20,000 nt of DNA, from the sequence record DRR723986_15960, one strand, 5' to 3'. A program made the position numbers and the translations under genes. This document shows positions 7,468 to 15,395 of the stretch, in pieces. Position 1 is the stretch's first letter. Each line of letters begins with the position of its first letter. A model generated the notes under the pieces. It had not been told where the DNA came from. It made no database searches and worked only from the letters and a program-made list of their open reading frames with translations.

Positions 7468-8823
7468 ATGTTTAAATCAATTAAAAATATAGTTGTAATA
7501 TTTTTTATCGGATGCCTCATCTATGCTATTAGATATTTTTTAGTAGGTAACGAAATTAGATATGAAAATATCAATTTATACTTAATTGATTTTGGTATAA
7601 CTCAGATATATACCCTTACATTAAGCTATGTTAATACACTGTATTTTGAATTTATAAAGAGACTGAAAATTGAAAGTTATGATGTCGTGAAACGTATAGT
7701 TTATGGCATTGTAGGGGCAACTGTGATAACCTTAGCAACGATATTTCTGCTCAGAATAATGGTTTTGGTCTTTATCTATGGTCAATCGTTTAGCACATTT
7801 TTCCAAAACGACGGATGGAGTGGCTATGCATTTGGTCTTTGGATAACACTAAGTATTTTGTCAATTTTTTATTTTGTTTATTTCTATAATCGTTATCAAA
7901 AAAATAAGGTTAAGGAGCAAAAAGTAATTGCAGGTGCAGCGAGTGCTAAGTTTGATGCTTTAAAAAATCAATTAGATCCGCACTTTTTATTCAATAGCCT
8001 GAATGTATTAACTAGTTTAATTGAGGAAAATCCTGATAGTGCACAAAAGTTTACAACCTCTTTATCTAAGGTTTATCGCTACGTATTAGAACAAAAGAAT
8101 AAAGAACTAGTTACTGTAGACGAAGAATTAAAGTTTGCAAGAACCTATATGTCGCTATTAAAAATGCGATTTGAAGATAGTATCATTTTTGAAATTCCGG
8201 ATAAGTCTTCAAACCCAGAAAACAAAGTTGTGCCTTTGTCATTACAGTTGCTTTTAGAAAACGCTGTAAAGCATAATATGGTTACCTCAAGTAAACCATT
8301 GCACATAAAAATATATGAAGACGGAAATCACCTGGTGGTGATGAATAATCTTCAGCCAAAACAAATCGTAAAGAAGGGTAGTGGTGTTGGATTAGAAAAT
8401 ATTAAACAACGCTACGCACTTCTTACAAAGAGAAAAGTTTACATCAATCAACGAGAGAAGGATTTTGAAGTAGCAATTCCGATTCTTACAAAACAAGTAT
8501 CAATCATGACAACAACACAACGATCAGACGACAGACTACGAGACGATTATGTGAGAGCACGTAAGCGCGTAGACGAATTAAAAGGATTTTATTATAGCTT
8601 AATTTCCTATATAATTGTAATACCATTTTTATATTTTATCTGGCGCACTTTTACACCATTCACCATCCAATGGTTTTGGTTTCCGCTAATATTTTGGGGA
8701 TTAGGATTAGTATTTAATGCTTACCGCGTCTTTGCGGATCAAGGCGCATTAGGAGCTAAGTGGGAAGAACGCAAAATACAGGAGTATATGCGAGAAGAAG
8801 AACAAAAAAATCGTTGGAATTAA
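7468..8823 (+). CDS. LytS/YehU-family sensor histidine kinase with a C-terminal fused 2TM domain
   Basis: About four N-terminal TM helices; H-box LKNQLDPHFLFNSLN; N-box LQLLLENAVKH; G-box GSGVGLENIKQR; C-terminal 2TM (A.KRV..LKGFY...WG.GL...WEERKI). Confidence 0.92.
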   Translation: MFKSIKNIVVIFFIGCLIYAIRYFLVGNEIRYENINLYLIDFGITQIYTLTLSYVNTLYFEFIKRLKIESYDVVKRIVYGIVGATVITLATIFLLRIMVLVFIYGQSFSTFFQNDGWSGYAFGLWITLSILSIFYFVYFYNRYQKNKVKEQKVIAGAASAKFDALKNQLDPHFLFNSLNVLTSLIEENPDSAQKFTTSLSKVYRYVLEQKNKELVTVDEELKFARTYMSLLKMRFEDSIIFEIPDKSSNPENKVVPLSLQLLLENAVKHNMVTSSKPLHIKIYEDGNHLVVMNNLQPKQIVKKGSGVGLENIKQRYALLTKRKVYINQREKDFEVAIPILTKQVSIMTTTQRSDDRLRDDYVRARKRVDELKGFYYSLISYIIVIPFLYFIWRTFTPFTIQWFWFPLIFWGLGLVFNAYRVFADQGALGAKWEERKIQEYMREEEQKNRWN

Positions 8824-8834
8824 TTTGTTGAATT

Positions 8835-9146
8835 ATGAAAAATCAAAACACTAATTTAAGTTATATAAAAGCTAAAAACCGCGTAGAACGTGAGAAGGGC
8901 TTTTACACACACCTAATTATTTACTTACTTGTAAATATTGTATTAACCGGTTTTAAGGTTTGGGGCGATTTAGACAGTTGGGATAGTTTTATAGATGAAT
9001 TCTTAACCATAAACGTACTGAGCACATGGGTAATTTGGGGCATATTTGTAGTGCTACATTTTCTATCGGTTAAGTTTGGACAAGCGTGGGAAGAGCGCAA
9101 AATAGAACAGATTATGAATGAAGAATTATCTAATAATTCAAAATAG
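8835..9146 (+). CDS. 2TM domain protein (stand-alone copy 1)
   Basis: Y..AK.RV...KGFY.H...Y..VN ... WG.....H ... WEERKI. Confidence 0.88.
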   Translation: MKNQNTNLSYIKAKNRVEREKGFYTHLIIYLLVNIVLTGFKVWGDLDSWDSFIDEFLTINVLSTWVIWGIFVVLHFLSVKFGQAWEERKIEQIMNEELSNNSK

Positions 9147-9154
9147 AAAATATT

Positions 9155-9493
9155 ATGGAAAAGTATAGTATAGAGCCCTATGGCAAAGAAGATAATATTT
9201 CGGATTATAGAAAAGAAGAAGCATATTTAAGAGCAAAGAAAAAAGTAGAATCTTTAATAGGTTTTTACTGGCACTTCGCAGTTTACATTGTGGTTAATGC
9301 CTTTTTAATTATTCTCATAGGCGTTAATGCAGGATTTGATGGTTTCGGACCGTATGCAACAGCTGTATTTTGGGGAATAGGGTTGTTCTTTCACTTTATT
9401 GGTGTATTTGGGCCAGATTTCTTTTTCGGGAAGAATTGGGAAAAACGCAAGATCGATGAGTTTATGGATAAAGAACGCAAGAACTGGGAGTAG
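9155..9493 (+). CDS. 2TM domain protein (stand-alone copy 2)
   Basis: YLRAKKKV....GFYWH...Y..VN ... WGIGLFFH ... WEKRKI. Confidence 0.88.
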   Translation: MEKYSIEPYGKEDNISDYRKEEAYLRAKKKVESLIGFYWHFAVYIVVNAFLIILIGVNAGFDGFGPYATAVFWGIGLFFHFIGVFGPDFFFGKNWEKRKIDEFMDKERKNWE

Positions 9494-9495
9494 CC

Positions 9496-9819
9496 ATGAA
9501 AGAATTTAGTGAACAAGAAAGCCTCATTATAGCCAAGAAAAAGGTTAAACAGATTCAGATTTTTTACCTTCATTTGGTAGGTTACCTAGTGGTAGTTAGT
9601 CTGATTCTTTACAACTTTTATATTATGGACGATGGCCCATACAAAAAGGCCGTTACATGGGTTAATACAAGTACCTTAGTAGGTTGGACCATTTTTATAA
9701 TCATCCATTGGTGGCGTACATTCAAAGGAAGGTTCTTGTTTAAGAAAGAATGGGAAGATCGTAAGATTGAAGAATACCTGAATAAAAATACAGAGGAGGA
9801 AACAACAATGTGGGAGTAA
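9496..9819 (+). CDS. 2TM domain protein (stand-alone copy 3)
   Basis: AKKKV.....FYLH...Y ... GW......H ... WEDRKI. Confidence 0.85.
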   Translation: MKEFSEQESLIIAKKKVKQIQIFYLHLVGYLVVVSLILYNFYIMDDGPYKKAVTWVNTSTLVGWTIFIIIHWWRTFKGRFLFKKEWEDRKIEEYLNKNTEEETTMWE

Positions 9820-9857
9820 GCTAATTTTAAAACCAACTAAAAAACTTATTTTAAATA

Positions 9858-10613
9858 ATGAATGTTATAATTATTGAAGACGAAAAGCCTTCCGCAAGAC
9901 GCTTACAACGCATGTTAATTAGTATTGGGATAGAAGCTGAAACAATGTTGCACTCCGTAGAAGAATCAATAGAATGGTTTGAGCAAAACGAGCATCCTGA
10001 TTTAATTTTTCTAGATATTCAGCTTAGCGATGGGCTTTCGTTTGAGATTTTTGAGACTCTCGAAATTAATTCTGCAGTTATATTCACTACCGCTTACGAT
10101 GAGTATGCACTTCAAGCCTTTAAGCTAAATAGTATAGATTATTTGCTCAAGCCAATTGATGAAGATGGATTACAAGCGGCCATAAAACAGTATAAAAGCA
10201 CTACGCAACAACAAAAGTCGGTAACATTAGACTTTAATGACATTAAGAAACTCTTGGTTAACCCAATTGAACGCGAATATAAAAAGCGTTTCTCAGTCAA
10301 AGTTGGGCAGCATTTAAAGTTGATTAATATTGAGGATATAGAATGTATTTATAGTGAGAATAAAGGTACTTATGCACACACTAATGAAGGTCGAAACTAT
10401 CTATTAGATATGACCTTAGACCAATTAGAAGATGAATTAGAACCTTATATCTTTTTTAGAGTAAGTCGAAAATTTTACATTAATATAAATGCAATAAAGG
10501 ATATTATTAGTTACACTAATTCTAGACTTCAGATTAAGTTAAATTATTATAATGAACAAGAAGTCATTGTTGCCAGAGAGCGCGTGAAAGACTTTAAAAA
10601 TTGGTTGGAATAA
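9858..10613 (+). CDS. LytTR-family response regulator
   Basis: Receiver domain IIEDE, LIFLDIQLSDG, IFTTAYD.YA, DYLLKPI; LytTR domain L..LE..L.P..FFRVSR...IN ... V.RER. Confidence 0.95.
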   Translation: MNVIIIEDEKPSARRLQRMLISIGIEAETMLHSVEESIEWFEQNEHPDLIFLDIQLSDGLSFEIFETLEINSAVIFTTAYDEYALQAFKLNSIDYLLKPIDEDGLQAAIKQYKSTTQQQKSVTLDFNDIKKLLVNPIEREYKKRFSVKVGQHLKLINIEDIECIYSENKGTYAHTNEGRNYLLDMTLDQLEDELEPYIFFRVSRKFYININAIKDIISYTNSRLQIKLNYYNEQEVIVARERVKDFKNWLE

Positions 10614-10620
10614 TACTAAT

Positions 10621-11796
10621 TTAATCATCATCAATTCTATTATCATCAAAAGCAGATGGTAATAGTTTTGGAATTATCTTTACAAATAAGGGCAATAATA
10701 ATGCACCACCTGGTAACATAAAAATGGCAAGGCTAGGTATAGACTTAAATATATCTAATAATTGTTGTTGAATTTTCTTTTGTTCATCATCGCTTAGGTT
10801 TCTATGAGTAGACTCAGTTAAGAGTTTCATAGCTTCTTTGCTTTCAGATAGTTCTTTAATAAGCCTTTTTTTATTTCTGTTGATGAGCTTTGAAACTATT
10901 TTACTACTGTTGTCATAAAAACTTTGTGCTAAATTTTTTGAACTTAAAAAAGCGACTTCATCTTTATGATTTTTATAGAATTCATTTATAGAAGCGATAG
11001 AATCATCTATAATATTTTGTTCTAGGTTAAGGTCCTCTTTAATTTTATTTAAAAAGTTTTTTTCGGCTTTATCAATGACTTTGTCACTCCAAGATGCCAT
11101 GCAAACCAGATCAATTAAATAGTGCTTCTCTAATGGGTCATTTATAATTTTAAGAACATCTTCGTAAGAATTTATATCTGTATCCTTTTGCCTCATAGAA
11201 CTTTCAAAAAGCTTCATTAGGTTTTCGTCATAGTCAGTCTTATTAGATTTTGTATCCAAAACAGATAGTACCATAGACTCTAGAGCAGACTCTAAATTAT
11301 TTACATAATTTGCAATCTCTTTTTCGCCATTAAGATATTCGTTATAACCAAGTACATCTATAAATAATAAGGCGTTTACCAGAAAGTAATTAAAACTTTT
11401 AGATATAATATTATCATCAATATGAATACGCTTATGAATCATTTTTTCTAAGAGCTTATCCTTAGATATTTCACCAAATAAGTCTTCAAAAAATGAGCGT
11501 TGACCTTCGCCTAAAATTTTATAGTAGTCAACCATGTATTCTATAAAGCTCGATTTGTTTTTAGTTATAGTTACATGATTATGGTAAAAACATAGCATTA
11601 CATTAATCTTACTACGCTCTTCTTCAGTAAAGTCAAAGGACTGGCTGATATATGGCAGAACTTTTACATTACTTCCATAGATAAAGCCTGTTGCTTTTAG
11701 TTGCTTATAGAATTCTATAGTATCTACCTGATCTATTTCGCTATCTGCAACTTCATTCAGAAATTTTTTTATCCAGCCGCTAGCTGATGGATTCAT
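10621..11796 (-). CDS. LETM1-related protein with an internal TerB-like segment
   Basis: N-terminal MNPSASGWI; C-terminal QLLDIFKSIPSLAIFMLPGGALLLPLFVKIIPKLLPSAF resembles the LETM1 helix motif; WSDKVIDKAEKNFL is TerB-like. Confidence 0.8.
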   Translation of the reverse strand: MNPSASGWIKKFLNEVADSEIDQVDTIEFYKQLKATGFIYGSNVKVLPYISQSFDFTEEERSKINVMLCFYHNHVTITKNKSSFIEYMVDYYKILGEGQRSFFEDLFGEISKDKLLEKMIHKRIHIDDNIISKSFNYFLVNALLFIDVLGYNEYLNGEKEIANYVNNLESALESMVLSVLDTKSNKTDYDENLMKLFESSMRQKDTDINSYEDVLKIINDPLEKHYLIDLVCMASWSDKVIDKAEKNFLNKIKEDLNLEQNIIDDSIASINEFYKNHKDEVAFLSSKNLAQSFYDNSSKIVSKLINRNKKRLIKELSESKEAMKLLTESTHRNLSDDEQKKIQQQLLDIFKSIPSLAIFMLPGGALLLPLFVKIIPKLLPSAFDDNRIDDD

Positions 11797-11814
11797 CTTT
11801 AAATTAGCTTAATA

Positions 11815-11846
11815 TTAAAAAAGCTACTTGTAAGTAGCTTTTTTAA
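11815..11846 (-). terminator. Intrinsic terminator of the SOD gene
   Basis: TTAAAAAAGCTACTT-gt-AAGTAGCTTTTTTAA inverted repeat, 19 nt downstream of the SOD stop codon. Confidence 0.82.
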
Positions 11847-11865
11847 ATTTTTAATATATGTGAGA

Positions 11866-12474
11866 TTACTCTATTATACCACCGCAACTCACTCTAGCAC
11901 CAGCAGCACCAGATGGTTGAGATTTTAAATCATCAGCTCCTTGATGAACAATAATTGCTTTACCAAGGATATCTCTAGCAGGATCACCACAACCAATACA
12001 CCACTGGTCAGTATTCATTGATATTTGTCCTTCACCTTTGGCATCAGTCTCAAAATTTCCTATATCACCTTTATGAAATCCAGCTGGATCTCCCCAAGCA
12101 CCATGTGGTTGACCTGTAGGATTCCAATGACCACCAGAAGATTTTCCGTCTGGTGAAGTACAATCTGCTTTTTCGTGAAGGTGTATAGCATGAGTACCTT
12201 CAGAAAGACCCGTAAACCTTCCAATCATTGTTACAATACCCTCTTTTTGAGAAAATATTACTGTACCTTCTACGTTGCTATCACTTTTTGGAGAAAGTGT
12301 AACTGTAAGTTTCATGTCCTTGCCTGTTACTTTATCTTTTGTTTCACTAGTTGCTGTAGATTCAGTTTTTACTTCTTCATTAGCAGTTTCAGAAACTTTT
12401 GCTTTTTGATCGTCTTTACACGAGACTATGGCCATTAGCGAAAATGCTAAACATAAGTGAACTATTTTTTTCAT
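11866..12474 (-). CDS. sodC: Cu/Zn superoxide dismutase family lipoprotein
   Basis: Lipobox IVSC; metal ligands HAIHLH, GGHWNP, PHG, HKGD, IIVH; catalytic Arg and disulfide Cys in GARVSCG. Confidence 0.93.
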   Translation of the reverse strand: MKKIVHLCLAFSLMAIVSCKDDQKAKVSETANEEVKTESTATSETKDKVTGKDMKLTVTLSPKSDSNVEGTVIFSQKEGIVTMIGRFTGLSEGTHAIHLHEKADCTSPDGKSSGGHWNPTGQPHGAWGDPAGFHKGDIGNFETDAKGEGQISMNTDQWCIGCGDPARDILGKAIIVHQGADDLKSQPSGAAGARVSCGGIIE

Positions 12475-12495
12475 TGGTTTAGTTTTAGATTTTGA

Positions 12496-12527
12496 TAAAG
12501 TTAAGTAGATAATTGCGTTCGTGCAAA
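12496..12527 (-). promoter_or_regulatory. Probable housekeeping promoter of sodC
   Basis: On the minus strand TTTG (12527-12524), 20-nt spacer, TAACTTTA (12503-12496); one mismatch to TAnnTTTG. Confidence 0.5.
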
Positions 12528-12534
12528 TGCGATA

Positions 12535-13023
12535 TTAATTCTTCTTTAACCAAAGTTTTTGATCCTTTATTCCACACTTAATGTTTTCAGTAAAAATGAG
12601 AGACTTATCAATTCTTAACTGCGAAGACTTATATCTAGAAATGGCATAGATTATAGAACGTTTACGACCAGGAGTAAAATTTTCAAAAATAGTAAAAGCC
12701 TCATAATCACTTAGAAGAACAGCTTCGAGTTCTTCGCACATTTCAACACCGTATTTAGAGGTGTCTTCAAAAACCTGAAGTGTAAAATAATCGTTCATAA
12801 ACACTCCAAGTTCTTTTTGCTTTGCTTTACTAAAATATATGCGGTATAATCCCGTTTTTTCGTGCTTTAAGGCTGCATAAAACTCTATAGATTTTTCGTT
12901 AAAACTAGCCTTTACCTTAATTCTTTTATGATTGTTTTTAATAAAGTCTTTAAGCTTGTTTTTAGGTAATACTACACTTTGTTTATCGGTAAGTGTAACT
13001 TCAAAAGTCTCACTTATAAGCAT
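12535..13023 (-). CDS. YdeI/OmpD-associated family protein (DUF1905-like N-terminus)
   Basis: C-terminal D.SKYGVEM.EEL.AVL..D.EA...F..FTPGRKRS.I..I...KS...RI pattern. Confidence 0.8.
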   Translation of the reverse strand: MLISETFEVTLTDKQSVVLPKNKLKDFIKNNHKRIKVKASFNEKSIEFYAALKHEKTGLYRIYFSKAKQKELGVFMNDYFTLQVFEDTSKYGVEMCEELEAVLLSDYEAFTIFENFTPGRKRSIIYAISRYKSSQLRIDKSLIFTENIKCGIKDQKLWLKKN

Positions 13024-13042
13024 TTAACTATTCATTTGAATT

Positions 13043-13060
13043 TGATATGACAAATATCAT
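13043..13060. promoter_or_regulatory. Putative Crp/Fnr-family binding site upstream of hemN
   Basis: ATGA-caaata-TCAT (13047-13060, TGA-N6-TCA core), overlapping the inverted repeat TGATAT-gacaa-ATATCA (13043-13059). Confidence 0.62.
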
Positions 13061-13082
13061 GTTTTTTACCAAGCCTTAAAAG

Positions 13083-13090
13083 TAATTTTG
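13083..13090 (+). promoter_or_regulatory. -7 promoter element of hemN-usp
   Basis: TAATTTTG is a perfect TAnnTTTG, 17 nt before the hemN ATG; no TTG at the -33 position. Confidence 0.65.
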
Positions 13091-13107
13091 AGTAACATTA
13101 AATAGGT

Positions 13108-14472
13108 ATGTGCATTTCATTAGTAAATAAATATAACGTTGCAGGTCCACGGTATACAAGTTATCCGACGGTACCATATTGGGATATAAATTCATTCTCA
13201 TTACAGCAATGGAAAGCGTCTTTAAAACAATCTTTTGCAGAGAGTAATAACTCCGAAGGATTGAGTTTGTATTTACATTTACCTTTTTGCGAAAGTTTAT
13301 GCACGTTTTGTGGTTGTCACAAACGTATAACTAAAAGACATGACGTTGAGTTGCCATACTTAAAAGCTGTTTTAAAAGAGTGGAGTTTATATAGAGGTTT
13401 ATTAGAAGAGAAGCCTAAGATTAAAGAACTACACTTAGGAGGTGGTACACCAACATTCTTCTCACCAGATAATTTAAAGTTTTTAATAACAGAATTACTA
13501 AAAGTTTCTGACGTTGCTGACGATTACGAGTTTAGTTTTGAAGGTCATCCTAATAATACAATTAAAGAACATCTACAGGTATTATATGATCTAGGTTTTA
13601 GACGTGTTAGTTTTGGTGTGCAAGACTATAATTTGAGCGTTCAGAAAGCTATAAACAGAATTCAACCATTTGAAAATGTTGCCAAAGTAACTACCTTGGC
13701 TCGTGAAATTGGATATACATCTGTTGGTCATGATATTATTTTTGGTTTACCATTTCAATCTGAAGAAGATGTCATAGAAACCATTATTAAAACCGGAACG
13801 TTTATGCCAGATCGTATAGCATTTTATAGTTATGCACATGTGCCTTGGATAAAGGGAAATGGCCAACGTGGTTTTAAGGATGACGATTTGCCTTCTGCAG
13901 AATCTAAGCGCAAACAGTACGAAACTGGGAAACTTATTTTAGAAAATGTTGGTTACAAAGAAATAGGAATGGATCACTTTGCACTTAAAGATGATTCCTT
14001 ATGTGAAGCCATGCAAAATGAAAGTCTACACCGCAACTTTATGGGTTATACAGCCTCTAAGACTCAAGCTATGATTGGTTTAGGTGTATCTTCAATCAGT
14101 GATAGTTGGTATGGTTTTGCACAGAACGTAAAGTCTATAGAAGAGTATTATCATTTAATTGATGAAGGAATAATACCAGTATATAGAGGTCATATACTCA
14201 ACAAGGAAGATTTAAAAATAAGAAAACATATACTTAACCTAATGTGTCATTTTAAAACATCTTGGATAGATGAAACAATGACATTTAATGAATTGCCTGA
14301 AGCCCTCATAAAATTAAAAGAATTTGAACACGACGGTTTAATTGAGTTTAAAGATAAAGCGCTCAATGTAACTGAAAAAGGGAGACCTTTTATTAGAAAC
14401 ATTTGTATGGCTTTTGATTTGTTATTGCAACGAAGAAAACCCGACACACAATTATTCTCAATGACCATTTAA
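13108..14472 (+). CDS. hemN: Oxygen-independent coproporphyrinogen III oxidase (radical SAM)
   Basis: GPRYTSYPT, LYLHLPFCESLCTFCGC (CxxxCxxC), GGGTPT, S.GVQD, YAHVPW, IGMDHFA, LHRNFMGY, RNICMAFD. Confidence 0.97.
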   Translation: MCISLVNKYNVAGPRYTSYPTVPYWDINSFSLQQWKASLKQSFAESNNSEGLSLYLHLPFCESLCTFCGCHKRITKRHDVELPYLKAVLKEWSLYRGLLEEKPKIKELHLGGGTPTFFSPDNLKFLITELLKVSDVADDYEFSFEGHPNNTIKEHLQVLYDLGFRRVSFGVQDYNLSVQKAINRIQPFENVAKVTTLAREIGYTSVGHDIIFGLPFQSEEDVIETIIKTGTFMPDRIAFYSYAHVPWIKGNGQRGFKDDDLPSAESKRKQYETGKLILENVGYKEIGMDHFALKDDSLCEAMQNESLHRNFMGYTASKTQAMIGLGVSSISDSWYGFAQNVKSIEEYYHLIDEGIIPVYRGHILNKEDLKIRKHILNLMCHFKTSWIDETMTFNELPEALIKLKEFEHDGLIEFKDKALNVTEKGRPFIRNICMAFDLLLQRRKPDTQLFSMTI

Positions 14473-14483
14473 AACCAAGAACT

Positions 14484-15317
14484 ATGAAAAAAATTATTGT
14501 ACCTATAGACTTTTCAGAGCATTCAGAATACGCTCTTGAGGCAGCTGCCAATCTAGCACAAAAGTATGATGCTGAGCTTTTAGTATTGCATATGTTAGAA
14601 CTATCTAATGCCATCTTAACAGCAGACAGCTCTGCTTTAAATGAAGAGGCTGTGTTTTATTTAAAACTTGCAGAACAAAAGTTTGAAGCATTTTTAGACA
14701 AACCTTATTTAGAGAATGTTAACGTTACTCCAATTGTTAAACATTTTAAAGTATGGAGTGAGGTTAATGATGTTGCCAATGAGCACGATGCTAATCTAAT
14801 TATAATGGGCTCGCATGGCGCAAGTGGAGTAAAGGAAGTATTAGTAGGTTCTAATACCGAGAAGGTTGTAAGACATGCGGATATACCTGTTTTAGTAATT
14901 AAGCATAACCCAATTTTATTTGATTTTGAAAATGGTGTTTTTGCCAGTGATTTTTCAGAGGATTCAGTAGAACCATACTTAAAAGCGCGAACTACATTTG
15001 ATAAATTAGGTGGTAAAATGCATTTGGTATATGTAAATTCTCCTGATGGTAATTTTAGAAGTTCATCTGAAATAGATAAACGCGTATCTGACTTCTTAAG
15101 AAAGGCAGACGGTGATTTAGAAAATTTATCTGATGTTACTGTGGTTTCAGATTATTCCATTGAAAAAGGAATCTTAAATTTCGCCAATGTTATAGGAGCA
15201 GATGTTATTGCTGTTGCAACCCATGGTAGAAAAGGATTAGCACATTTCTTTGAGGGAAGTATTTCAGAAGATATAGCAAATCATTCTACATTGCCAGTAA
15301 TGACCTTTAAAATATAA
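14484..15317 (+). CDS. Tandem-domain universal stress protein
   Basis: KKIIVPIDFSEHS..AL; LIIMGSHG.SG.....VGSNTEKVVR....PVLVI; second domain ATHGRKG......GSISE. Confidence 0.95.
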   Translation: MKKIIVPIDFSEHSEYALEAAANLAQKYDAELLVLHMLELSNAILTADSSALNEEAVFYLKLAEQKFEAFLDKPYLENVNVTPIVKHFKVWSEVNDVANEHDANLIIMGSHGASGVKEVLVGSNTEKVVRHADIPVLVIKHNPILFDFENGVFASDFSEDSVEPYLKARTTFDKLGGKMHLVYVNSPDGNFRSSSEIDKRVSDFLRKADGDLENLSDVTVVSDYSIEKGILNFANVIGADVIAVATHGRKGLAHFFEGSISEDIANHSTLPVMTFKI

Positions 15318-15356
15318 ATCTTGATGTTTATTAGTTAGTGTTATTTAATATCAAGT

Positions 15357-15395
15357 TAAAACGCCAGAGATTTTAATCTTTGGCGTTATTATTTA
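15357..15395. terminator. Probable bidirectional terminator between usp and the end of the cco operon
   Basis: AACGCCAGAGATT-tt-AATCTTTGGCGTT (15360-15387), with one G-U pair on the + strand. Confidence 0.7.

Noticed and set aside
8761-9770. Recurring TGGGAAGA.CG.AA.AT sequences as a possible CRISPR or DNA repeat array
   Set aside because: Spacing is over 300 bp and variation is mostly at third codon positions; explained by the protein motif WE.RKI
15320-15355. CTTGAT...ATCAAG imperfect inverted repeat and partial FNR-like TTGAT-N4-ATTAG after usp
   Set aside because: Located between convergent 3' ends, not in a promoter; weak stem, at most a 3'-UTR structure
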